This document shows positions 1 through 13,100 of a stretch of 64,000 nucleotides of DNA, piece after piece. The stretch is taken from assembly GCA_002633005.1 (NCBI GenBank), contig NMRA01000216.1, forward strand, positions 49,843-113,842, given 5' to 3'. How positions within the stretch are numbered: the stretch's first letter is position 1; every line of letters starts with the position of its first letter. The notes below the pieces were generated by a model. That model saw only the letters and a list, made by a program, of their open reading frames with translations. It ran no database searches and had not been told where the DNA came from. Source of the stretch: Phoronis australis. Its lineage: Eukaryota > Animalia > Phoronida. The position numbers were made by a program, and so were the translations under genes.

Positions 1-375
1 TGTTTCATGATTTAAGCCTTGGTGCCTAAAGTTGGAATGAGTTAAGAGGTGGTCAAAGCAGTCCTCAAATTAGAATATGTCTCTTAGCATGCTATAGTTT
101 AACCTGCAGTTTGTATGTCTTATGTATAATATTAAGTCTTATGGTGTTAGCTGTTCATACTCACACAATTCAAGGCATTCCATATAATTTTCTAATGCTT
201 GGTTTTATGTTCAAAATTGGTTACCTTTTGACCAATGTTATAGTTAACTCAAAGATTTTTGTTTTATCGATTCTATAACCAGCAGTAGTTTGTAATGCTC
301 GTTTACAGTTTTGTAACAACTTTACTGTTTAACTCTTAAATTATAAATGTAAATGATGTACTGTGGCCATTTCAG

Positions 376-507
376 GTTGAGTCATACTGGGATGAGTGCT
401 TGGCTTTACCCAGTAAACTGAAAGACTGGGACGCCTACACAGACATGAAGGGCTCTATACAGGAGTACCTTGACGTCTTCCCACTCCTACACAGACTGGC
501 ATCCAAG
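376..507 (+). CDS. Out-of-order duplicate of exon 3 (VESYWDECLALPSKLKDW...LASK)
   Basis: 132 nt identical to 2087-2218; lies in block 1-514 that matches 1719-2225 and ends at an N. Confidence 0.6.
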
Positions 508-974
508 GTAAGCTNCATTGGGCTGGTGGGTACATGTTTTGTTACACGGATGATTTTCTAATAAAATACCCAACTGATAGGGCATTATACCAGTCCTACT
601 CTCACCGAAGTTTGCAACTAGTCAGTAGCAATCCCTCACATGGGAGACTCGGCTCGGATTGATTACAATATTGCTCGATGTGTTGCTCGTTGTGAATTTC
701 ACTTTGCAATATAAGACAATAACTCTGTTGTGATGATCATGATCACTGTTTAACAGCTGTGTCTCAATGGGATGCTGACAAATAATGAATGTTCATTCAT
801 TTGTTACTCGTTTGATATACGACGAAGACTAGCCATTAAACTGTCGGTTAGTCCAATGCAATAGGCTTTTAATTTATCATACTGGTGGTTGTTCAAACCT
901 GGTATAAGTAATCTTTTATGTTATTAATGGAACAAAATGTATTTCATGGTATATCTTATTCACCTTTTCCTCAG

Positions 975-1187
975 ACATTCGTCGTGGAGGTCATCCAGTT
1001 CCGGAATGCGTTTGACGCCCAGGGCCCCGCCGTGCCAGGCATACCTCCAGAGGAGGCTGTGGAAAGATTGCACGACTTCCAACACAGATACGGTCTGTTT
1101 GAGGCGAAACGCAAGACGCTGGACTCAGTCTCCAAGCTGTTTGGTATTGTGTGCAAGCCGTTCCCAGAACTGGACAAAACTGGTGAA
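975..1187 (+). CDS. DHC exon 1 in window (tail)
   Basis: cctcag|TFVVEVIQFR...ELDKTGE|gtaaga; phase 0-0. Confidence 0.9.
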
Positions 1188-4100
1188 GTAAGAAATGCAA
1201 TTCCAAAATTGACCCAGTCTTTTACTTGTATATAAAGCCTTTAGTTACCAGTCGAGACAAAGTATGCTGTAAAATTGTATTTAATTGTGTATGCTGACCT
1301 GTGCTTTACTCACTGTAAGACGGTGTAATTTTGAAAATTTCTAAAAACCAGGCTTATCTAGTAGTCTTTTATTCAGTCAAGATCGTATTTCATTAAAACA
1401 TCTGATGTCCATTTCCGTTTTTAATTGCAAACCAAAAATTATAGTCAGGTAGTAATTCCATGTCATTCTGTGAAGTCATTCAGGCTATACAGTATTCTGT
1501 TGTGTGGTTTGCAGGAACTGGTCTTGCTCGGACAGCTCTACGGCCTGTTCCAGAAGTTCATCAGGTTTGACAACAGATTCAAGGACACGCTGTGGGCAGA
1601 GGTGCACTTGGAAGAATCTAACAGAGAGGTGATCTTTGTTGAATGTTATTATTAAACACATTTTCTTACTACTTTTTCACACAAAACAACATAACCTTGT
1701 TCACCTACAATGATCATCTGTTTCATGATGGTGCCTAAAGTTGGAATGAGTTAAGAGGTGGTCAAAGCAATCCTCAAATTAGAATATGTCTCTTAGCATG
1801 CTATAGTTTAACCTGCAGTTTGTATGTCTTATGTATAATATTAAGTCTTATGGTGTGTTAGCTGTTCATACTTGCACGATTCAAGGCATTCCATATAATT
1901 TTCTAATGCTTTGTTTTATGTTCAAAATTGGTTACCTTTTCACCAATGTCATAGGTAACTCAAAGATTTTTGTTTTATCGATTCTATAACCAGCAGTAGT
2001 TTGTAATGCTCGCTTACAGTTTTGTAACAACTTTACTGTTTAACTCTTAAGTTATAAATGTAAATGATGTACTGTGGCCATTTCAGGTTGAGTCATACTG
2101 GGATGAGTGCTTGGCTTTACCCAGTAAACTGAAAGACTGGGACGCCTACACAGACATGAAGGGCTCTATACAGGAGTACCTTGACGTCTTCCCACTCCTA
2201 CACAGACTGGCATCCAAGGTAAGCTATAAAATTTATTTAATAATACTTCGAGGCCATTGGTCCATAGTACAACAAATATGTGAAAATACATTACAGATTA
2301 AAGTTGCAAGAAATGCATATTAAAAAAGTGAACTTGAACAGTTATGTATCCATGAGAGGAGCAAAACAAAGCTAGACAGTAATTCATCAATGATTAAATG
2401 TAGCTGCTGCTTTCTCTCTTAGAGCAGAACCATATTAGTTAGCTTGTACGTTTTCATCACAGCTTGTTTATAACCTTTAGCTCTTGCTGGCTTGGGTTAC
2501 ATCTGAATTTTGGTGTGATAAACACATTCGTTAGACTAGAATGCAGTGTGCAAAATTCATTAGAAAATGAAACTAGTCCTCTGTAGAATTATTATAGTAA
2601 TCACTTCATTTCACATCATTTTGCCTTGCATTGAGTGATCTACTAGTGTTGAGATCTGAATAGCTATATTAAAATAAAATTGTTATTTCTATGACTTACT
2701 TCATATGTATGGTAGCTGTAATGAGATTGGAGGTGATAGTAATGGCTGTACATTTGTTTGACTTGTCTTGTGTGCATATTAAGTAGTTCATTATAAATAG
2801 AGTTTAATTTAAAACTTAAGCATTTTAATAGTATTAAAGGACTTCTTTTGGCTTCACTTTGGTTAAAAAATTGATGTAAATTTTTAAGTTGAGTTTTGAA
2901 TTTGTTGATGCACCAACCCACTGTGGAATGTTACTGAATTTGAAATTATATGAAGTTGTACGAGAAAACGCAAATACATACAGGACTGTAATTTATGAAA
3001 TTTCCTACTTTTGTGATACTTTTGGTTTGTGAGATTAGTTCTGTGTTCTTAAAAAGTCAACTTAGAGGAAAGGATTTCTTGAAGAATGTAGAGAAAATGT
3101 ATTAGTAGGGAGAACCGTGGTGGTAGCTTTATTTTATCCACTTTTGTCTGGAGTCAATTATGACCATGACGTTTGCGAGCCTAATTCTGACTGCCTCTTT
3201 CCAGGAAATCCGCAGTCGTCATTGGTTACAAGTAATGCAAGTGACTGGCAGCTCCTTCCAATTGGAGGCTAATGTTTTCAAGCTTAGTCATCTGCTGGAT
3301 ATTGGACTCATCAAGTAAGAATTCCCATGTGTCTTTTTTAAAATGAGATGACTACATGACTGTGAGCATGTCAGTTGTGGTATGATGTGCGATATTCTAC
3401 ATCCTTCTAATTAAACTCTTGACGATTGTGGGCTTATCTTAAAAATCCCACTTGTTCTTTCAAAGGGCTCATGGGACCCGTTTTCAAAATGTTTGATTGT
3501 GTTCATTAACAGAATGAGGAAAGCTTAGCCTGGTATGTTCTAATGTTCAATCCATGTGCTTTGAAATTGTATTGTGGTCATCAGCATAGTGTTACTTTAT
3601 GTGTCTGTGCTTGCATTATTAGACACAAGACAGAAATTGAAGGCATCTGTCACAGTGCTGCTAAGGAGATGGAGCTGGAAGTGAAAATGAGGATCACAGA
3701 GGAGGAATGGACAGAGCAGGTGAGTGAGATGATAACTAGTGTTACAGTGATACTGTGTCAGGATTTACTAGCTCATGATTTACTGGTCTAATGATAACTA
3801 GACTAAGTTTGATATTATGTCAGGATTTACTAGCTCATGATTTACTGGTCTAATGATAACTAGACTAAGTTTGATATTATGTCAGGATTTACTAGCTCAT
3901 GATTTACTGGTCTAATGATAACTAGACTAAGTGTGATATTGTGTCAGGACTTACTAGTCCGTGCTTTACTGGTCCATTGGTAATTGGTGTGATACTGTGC
4001 GAGGACTTACTAGTCCGTGTTTTACTGGTCTGATGATAGCTAGACTAAGTGATACTGTGTCACTGAATAAGTTCATAAATTATATTTTTTGCGACACAAC

Positions 4101-7100
4101 CAGCTGAAGTGTTACCTTCAGATGACAGTCTTGGCTCATCACAACAACTATCTTCAGAATCTTATATTCACTAGGCAGATACTCAGTGAACAGGTTGTGG
4201 TATTAGCCAAGATTTCTTGTAGCATACATCTCACGAATAATCAGCATATTTGTTGAATCCCCCCATGGTTGCGACTAAGATATTATATCAGTCCCATGTT
4301 CTACCGCAGGTTTTGACCTTTGAACACTACAAGAAACTTGGTCCTATCTACCTTGACAAAGGTTGTACAGAGAGACTCTTGGAGCAGTTGGAGGATGCTG
4401 AAGCCCTTTTGGCCAACATGCTCACATCCAAGTATGTGGCTCCTCTGCGTGAGGAGGCGGCTTCGTGGGCCGAGAAGCTGAAAGAAGTGGGAGAGGTCCT
4501 AGAACTGTGGCTGGAGGTACAAGACTTATGGCAGTACCTGGAGGCAGTGTTCAGCAATGGTGCAGCCGCTAAGGTAAGTCGTGTAGACAAAGGAGTTATG
4601 GTCTCATATACCGTGCCCTCATTTTGAGAACCAGTTGATGCCCGTCAGTCAGTGGAGAAAACTGGTTCTGAAAATGCGGGCACGTTATATGGGACTAGTA
4701 CCGACAAAGATTGGATCAAAATGATGAAGAGATGTGAAAGCTCTGCGGTTCTGTTTATTGGTGAATCCGTTGTTTAGGCCATAAAGCTGAAGCAGCGTGC
4801 AAGTTTGGTGCATTATATGGGGTCAGTATTTTGATAAATGTTGTATTGCTGCAAAAACATTATTGTCTACAAGTGCGAGGAAAAAAGATCCTGTCTTCAA
4901 TTTTGAAAAAAAATGCTGACCAGTGATTGATGGGAGTGATAATAGAGTACCTTTAATAGCTCTTGACCAATGAGTGTTGCACGGACATTCCAGTGATTTG
5001 GCATTGTTGTTTCCAGGAATTGCCTCAAGAAGCCAACAGATTCAGTCGTATAGACAAAGGTTGGATCAAAATGATGAAGAGAGCTTACGATACTCGCAAT
5101 GTTCTGCAGGTCAGTCAATAGCAAGTCTTTCCTCTCACATCCTTGATGAAAATCAGATATTATAATTTAAATTCAATCTGCCTATTTTCTGGACAAAGAC
5201 TTAATGAATGCCTCATTTTCGTTGGCTCTGTTTTAGTGTGGCAGATGCGCTTGTAGTGTCTGAGCTCCGACATTGACATTAACTGTAACTTAATACTGGC
5301 TATGAATGTTGTGTAATAAAATTTTGAATTGCAAAGACATTATTTTTCAGACATTTTTCATTAATTGGTGAAAAGTGTTTACACCAACTTGTAGACTATT
5401 TTCTTTAGCCAATGTAAATATTATAAGATAGGCCAATATAATTAATTTAGAAATGGTGTTACCACATCATCACTTCAAAGTGGCTTTAGGAAGTCCTTAT
5501 TTTTCATGTGCACGGTGCTTTTTCAAACAGATGCTAAAGATAAATTAATTATGTTGACCTTCTAAATTGTGTACTTCATGACTTGTCAGGATTTGGATTT
5601 AAAAGTGGTATGTCTTGTGTATCTGTCAGTTGGAAGTGGATGAATGCCCCCTTACCAACATATAAACTTGGACACAATTCATAATGAGGTTATCTACTGC
5701 ACATTCTTATACAGGCTGTTGTTTCCCTTGCAGTGTTGTTACGGTGGTGAGGTTCCTAAAGGGGTGGTCCTGCGACACATCTTTGAAGAGCTGGAGATCT
5801 GCTTCAAGTCTCTACAGTCGTACTTGGACGGCAAGCGTAAACTGTTCCCTCGCTTCTACTTTGTCTCAGACTCCACACTGATTGCTATACTCAGTCGACC
5901 ACATGACTTGGACTCAGTTAAGCCACATCTTAGGTATAGTATTTTCTTGGTTAACTTTAATGTCTTAAAAGTTAATGTCATTATCCAGAAATGTCGGTGT
6001 GAATGGTTGAGGTTTTTTTGAGCTCATTAAGTTAGAATTAAGACCTTTTACATGTGTTCGTCAGATAGCTATGTATGGATATTTTGTAGCCTCCTTCTAG
6101 TCAGTGGTCTTTTTTCGCTAAGTATTGGGGGAATTTTCAAAAATTAGTTATGCAGGGAGAACTGTCTTGCATTTTTTTCCAAAACTGTTGACTAATTTAA
6201 GTTAATGATTATTAAACAAAAGGTGGCGGATTTCTTTCTAATACGCAAATGTTATTAAAGAAAATTTTATATAATGTTTTGCTTTCTATTTGGCATGGCA
6301 ACTTCTATTTGCCTCTCTCGAAGCTGTGACAATGTTCTATTCTTGACTCAGACATCTGTTATTTAGCATTTGATTAACAGAAAGATATACTTTTTTCCCA
6401 GTTCCATACTCAGTAGTCACCTAATTACATCTACTACATTTCAGGACATTGTTTTCTAATGTCGCTGATGTTGAGCTTCAAAAAACTGGTTTTGTCGATG
6501 CCCAGTCCATATCAACGTTGACTTCTAATCGGGGTAGTCGTACCCAAACACCTCTGGAGAGAGGGAGTGCTGGACGTAGGTCCACCTCACCTTTGGTCCC
6601 GCTCACTGCTACCAAGATAGACAAGAGACTGACCACCATGCATGTAAGTAACCCACCTCCTAGTCCTTTTGATTGACAGTGTGGGTTGTTTATAATTATC
6701 CCGTTTAAGTATGAGATATTCACATTGTGTTGAAAATGAGTTTCGTTCACTGCGTGATTTTAATATCCAAAGGCGTGTTTCATAAACGATTACCCATTCT
6801 GTGATTTTTTAAAAATACCGCTCTGCATATATTATAACTTGCACTTGATAACCAGGAATTATTTCAAGTGTTCAAGGTGTTTTTCACTATAGGAAACATT
6901 ATAGATTTAGTGATTTTATTATAGTTGCCCCACAATGAGAATCTTAATTCACAGTTTTGTTCTATGACCACGTATTAGCAGTCCCGTTATGATCCTAGTT
7001 TTGGTGTCCCCATTTTAGGTCGTACCAGTGGCAGGGGTGGGTAAATTTAATATGTTCCTGGTCATTCCTTGTAATTACGGATTCTTTGTTATGCTTTTAG

Positions 7101-10100
7101 TCTGTGGTGTGGGAACCTCGTCATGTCCTGTGACTGTTTTGCAGTTAGTTTCCACCATATGTTCTGTTTTACTTTCAATGAGTTCACTGCTGTCCACAGT
7201 GCATGAGATGAAACTTGCAAAAATTCAATTATTATCATTCGCCTGTGCCTTTTCATGGCCCATGCAATGACTTGAATGCAGTTCTTTACTGTAACAGTTT
7301 TCAACGATGCAAGTACTATCAAATAATACAATATATTAACCTGTTACAAATTTTCAGTTGGCTCTCAAAAAGCTGAAACCACTCTTCAAACTTTTTATAT
7401 CACATGTAAATTGTATTATACTTTTTTATTAAGTGTAGCATCTTAAAATCTTTAATAATTTAGTAGTTAGTGTTATCATGCCAAGTATTTTAAACCTCTG
7501 TGCTGCAGCTCTGGTATTTTGGCCTTGCATTGTACTTCTTTGTCTTTCAAAACTGAGTGTGGATCTGTGACCACCAGCGGTTTTGAAGACTTCAGCACAC
7601 TGCGCTGCAGCACCCTTCAATCTCCTTATTAATTGTGCAATGTACTTCTGAGTAGTGTGCACTGCCAGACCACCAGTGTGTGCCGATTGCACCCTTTAAA
7701 GATTCCGTCTCCAGTTGACAGCGAACATTCACCAATTCGTAACATGACGATTGTCTCAAAGTAAATTGAAAGGAATTAGTTTTCAAATTCTGAAAACTAT
7801 GTTTTGAATCAGACGTGCTTCTGTTGAATGTTCATATTATCTACGTGACACGGTCTCTTAAAGAGGCACTAAGCTTGGTTTTGTGTATTGAAAGACTTCT
7901 TACATCAACCTGGTCACTAAAATACGAAAGTCATATTACAAAGTTCTAAAGCTGAAAATGGCTGCCTCAGCACCATTTTGTCAAACCTGACCCAGAGATT
8001 ATGTAATCATGTGTGATAATCAGTTTTCAAAAAAATTGATCCTATCAATGTCTTATAAAAATTGAAGTTGATTATCATTTAATAATTTAAAGCAAAACCG
8101 AGCTCAAGGTAACTGTCTAGTACCTTCACTTCAATCTTTACCTTGTGCACGGTAATTCTTTACTGATTTAGCGAACATTATGGCTGACAAGTGAAATTCC
8201 ATTATTGTCAAAACTCCAAAAAGCTGATCAGATCTGAATCACCATTCTGTCACTACCCTCAACACATGGTGAAGTTTCCATATTTTGCAGCAACGTGATC
8301 AGTTTTGAAAAATAGAAAATGTCAGTTATAATTTTTGCGCGGAAAAAGTGGAAAATTACCGTAACCCCAGTTACCTTTAAAGCACGCGATTCAAGCATTG
8401 CCCCTTTACACGGGGTGTCACCCGTTTGACTAACACTGCCTTGTGAACTCCAGAACAAGCCACCCACTCAGTCCAAGTCAACAGTAAGTCGCATGGTGTT
8501 GTTTGACTACTCAAGTCATTGTACTGACAGGCCCGATGTTGTGCTGTTGTATACTGTATTCAATGTTGTTATCTCTTGTTAGTCCCTAGATGCTTCCATC
8601 TACAGTTAATTAATGGTCTTCTTGGCTTTCCATAAGTTGGTTGTCGAGAACAATCATGATGTCCGGGTTACACCTAGTCTCATTGAATGTTTAATGATGT
8701 TACATTTACTTAATGGAAAGCCAGGGTCCTGTTCTTTTGCACAGTTTTCATGATTATCAAAAAACTATGCCTAGTTTTATTGAACAATGTCTTGCCAAAT
8801 GCAAGATGAATGTTTAGTTCAAATACTTGCTTTTATCCCACAATTGCTCTTTAAACCATTTTTTAACCATAACATACTGGTTACAAAACTTAACATCACT
8901 TTTAATAAATTGTTTTAATTTTCATAACATTCTGCTGACTTAGTAATGTTTAGACCTACTTGTAGGTAGAAACTTGTGTGTTTGTGTAGTAGAACTAATA
9001 TTTAGTTCTTAATCAAATATTTTGTAATGTCCTTAATATGTTTCTGGTTGTCTATAAAAATGATTCTTTGTGTCATTGTTGATAGTAACATTGGTATTAT
9101 AGTTTTAAAATTTATGTTATTGACAGTTTATCTAGATGTTGTCTTTTGTTGTTAACCTTTGAGTTTTCAAATTTGCGATACTGAGTTAACTCTTACAACG
9201 CAACGATGTAACATCGATCACCACGACTTAAGTATTATCTTTCTATACACTTAACTATAACCATTTGAAAAACATATAAATCCAAACAGTTACTTTTAAC
9301 TCTTTTTAGAAGTTGTCTAACTTGTCAGCATTTCCTTGTTTCATATTTGCTGGCAACATCTAGTTTGTTATAAGCTGTGTGTTGTAAACAAGATACTGAC
9401 TGGACTTACTCTGAATGTTTACAGAACATCAACCCTGTACTGCTCAATACAACCCAGTTGAGCACCATGCTACCTTCAGAGGGCATCACAGTCGATCACG
9501 TTACCATGGAAGCAGTAGCTGTTATAAGCACAGAGGGTGAACTACTACAGCTGCAAGATCAGGTAATATCAACAGTCTGTCACTGCAATGCAAGTTTTGG
9601 CTGAACCTCTTCAAGAAATGACTTACAGGTTGCATTTACAGTATTACACCCCATTCACCCAGATCACCTGCAGACAGCGCATTATCATACCCTATGTGTT
9701 TCCAATGCATCAAACCTAATCAGGCAGAAATAATTACAGGCACAGGCACTTTGTAACAAAGATTTACCTGCTCAGTTAACTTGGGCAGGTCTTTATGAAT
9801 AGGCTTGACTTGCTGCTTGACTGGTGTAAAGCACCTCGCCTAGCCTAGCCTTGGTGTAGCAAAGTTATTCTCATGGCATGAAGATTGAAGACATCTCAAA
9901 ATATTGACAGATTTATTACTTTTAAATTATTTAATTCATCTATTGGCACTATAGAGTACGTAACATAGAAAGTCGAAAGGTGCTCCTCGGCCTTAATTGT
10001 GTGTAGGAGAGTTGTCTATTGTTCACATGCATTTCTAACATGGCTAATTATTAAATATGTTACTGAGCTTGTAGACAGCATATCTCTGAATTCATCCAGT

Positions 10101-13100
10101 GTGCTCTAGGAAGACAGAGACAATGTAATGTGAAAAGATTAGAAATTTGTCACTAGTACCATCATGTAATACGTGCTTGCATGACCTTAGCAGTGCCAAA
10201 CTCCCGAGTTACAAACCCAGTTGAACATGTCCTTGGCTTGTGCGTAGTTGTTAATAGCGTCTTGATTTTCTTGTAGATTGCACTTGAAGATGGTGTAGAA
10301 GTGTGGCTGTCTAGCCTGAAGGAGTGTATCAGTGATACGCTGAAGGAAATGTCTTACGGAGTGATCGAAGACTCAGCGAATAATGTGGCCATAGAGGAGT
10401 GGGCACTCAAGGTGAGTGGGGAAACTGTCACTCAAATTGGTACCTAGCAACGTGTGCTTTTCAAGCATTTTGAGAGGAACCACTCAACATAATTACCCTG
10501 TTCTTCATAATTATATCTTCAGCTGTAGTGATTATTCACTGTTATGTTACTCTGTGGTCATGTGAATGCATTTTCGTTTTTGGACAGTTAGCCTCTTGAA
10601 TTGCATTCATGGTAAATGACATTTTTGCTTATTGCCTCAGTCTGAAAAAGAAATACAAAATTTTCAGTGGCAGAAGTTATTGTGAATCATATAAGGTGTG
10701 TTGGAAAACCACGGTTCCGTACCTTTTTTCAACTTGTAAAATATCACGTTACAGGGATGTCCTTTGGTGTTGTGTAAGTAAAAGATAAATGGTGACCTAC
10801 CTTCATAAATTTGATCGCAGTGATGTTCTTTAAATTTGTTATTTGAGCATGCACCAATTCTTATCCTCAGAAATTACTCTAGATGTGGACCCTTAGTGTG
10901 TTCACAGCATTTGAGCAAGATGGTTACCCTGTGTGTTTAGAGTAGTTCTCTTCACCGTGCTGAATGAACATGCCTCGCCTTTAACTGTGACCCTAGGCAT
11001 GTTTCACCCAACTTCTCTACTTGTTCACAGTACCCAGTCCAAGTGTGCAAGATTGGCCTACTCTACCACTGGACACGAGAGTGCGAGGCTGGCGTGAACG
11101 AGATCAAGTACGATCGCCGTGCCATACAGAATGCCGGCAAGCGTTTCCAGGCTGCGCTGGTCCGACTTCCCACCATGTTGGCCAGGAACCAGTGGAAGGG
11201 TGTTGACGAGGTCATGTTACCCGTGCACAGGCTGAGACTAGAGGGAATGATGACTGTGAGTATTGAGGCTGTTGTACTGTTTAACATGTGAATAACTTGG
11301 TCTAGCTATTGGACTAATTAATGTCATGCACGACATGTAAATTTTGCACCAGACATCATATGCTTAATGGTTGGTCATTGTATAATCTTGTAATTAGGGA
11401 GCTCCAAAAAACAATGGTAGTCTTGTATTGAACATTCATGCCCACGTACTTGAACATGCGGTGCAATTATTGACTCTTACCCGATGACCTAGAAGGTGAA
11501 CAGTGCTTTGGATGACACGCTTTTGCAACTTAACATGAAATACTGACAGGATTTGTTTTGTGAAATACCTTTACATCAGCCTTGCTAATGACAGGCCATG
11601 TGTGTTACGAAGTCAATGTCTGATTTTAAGCGTACATGCAATTGGTAGGCTAGGCTTATATTTGATCTGTGGAGGGAAGTTAAAAAAGTTGGAGGTTGGC
11701 TTATATAACCCGAGCCAAGATGTTGCAGTATTTTGGGATGTTAAGTTGTTCCATTTTCACTTTGACAACATCATTGTTCTTTCATTTTAGATGTCCTTAT
11801 ACCTGAGGGATGCCTCAGACTCTCTGTCTTCCAAGAAGATCAGAGAACCAACTGACTTTGAGTGGAGGCGTAATTTCAGGTGTTATGTGCAAGACAACGG
11901 TAAGAACATTTATATTTCCACTGACTTAAATACTTATTTCATGCTTGCGTGTTGGATTTGTTAAGTGCAAGTAACAGGTTTTCCTAGTAGCCATGTTATT
12001 TCTTGTATGATCTTTTGTTTATGGTTGGGAAAGACGTGTGATTACAACAAGTGTGAGGCTAATTGACATTATTTGAAATTACATTGCCTTGGAACACTTG
12101 TTTTAATGTCCGATGCAATTTTAACACATGACTGCTTGTGGTTTGTGTGTACTATGCAAAATTCAATTAATTCTTACCATTTTAGGCCTGTGTTCTGGTG
12201 GTATTTTCTGATTGGAGCTGAGCTGAAATTAGATCGTGCAGTCATCGGAATGGCTCTCTCTTTACGCATTCAACGAGCTCTCCATTGTTTACAAGCTAAA
12301 CACACGAGACATGTTCTAAGTTTAAAACTGCCTGGTAGTGCAGCAACAAATAACTGAGTTTGTCTTTGTTACAGATGGCATGAGTGAGCCAGTTCTGTAC
12401 GTTATGGACAACAGGTTCAAGTTTGGTACTGAGTTCCATGGAGCTGCACCCATGATTGGCATGTCTACCACGACGGAGCGATGTCTTCTTACAATGATTC
12501 ACTGCTTCACCTCATTGAAGGGAAGCTGTATTACTGGGGGAACCGGGGTGGGCAAGACTGAGACTGTCAAGGTAGGGCTCATTGATATTCACTGCTTCTC
12601 CTTTATTTTACTGAAGGGGCCTTCATTAGTTAGGGTACACGGAGGGGCAAGAGTGACACTGCCATGGTAGGAGTTGTTTCCACTCCCTTTACTTGTGTGA
12701 TGAGTTCATATCATGCATATAGTAAGCACTCTGATAAATGTGTTTCGGTGTAGTAACTTTGGAATACCAAATTCTAACCTTAGGGTTTTCGACAGCAAAG
12801 TTTGAGAAGATGATCATTCTAGACTCATTCTGCATGAGAAGAGTGACACTTTTCCTCATCTTTGTGCAGTTTATTCAATGTCTATTTACATTGTCTATAG
12901 TTGAGGAGCATTGAATTTCACTTTTTGCAAATTGCCAGTAAAAGTTTATAGGAATATCAGTTTTCTAAGTTATCATTTTGTTTTTGTTTTATGCAACTTT
13001 TAAAATTTTTCATAAAAATTATTTTAGTCCTATTTTGTATAGTTCCTCGTGCAAAAGTGGAACGTTTTAAAAGCAATTCCTTACAATGTTTTGGAGAACA

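Noticed and set aside
7019-7036. Possible 18-nt microexon VVPVAG
   Set aside because: ttttag acceptor is plausible, but the in-phase donor (gtgggt) competes with an out-of-phase one (gtaaat); too weak to call
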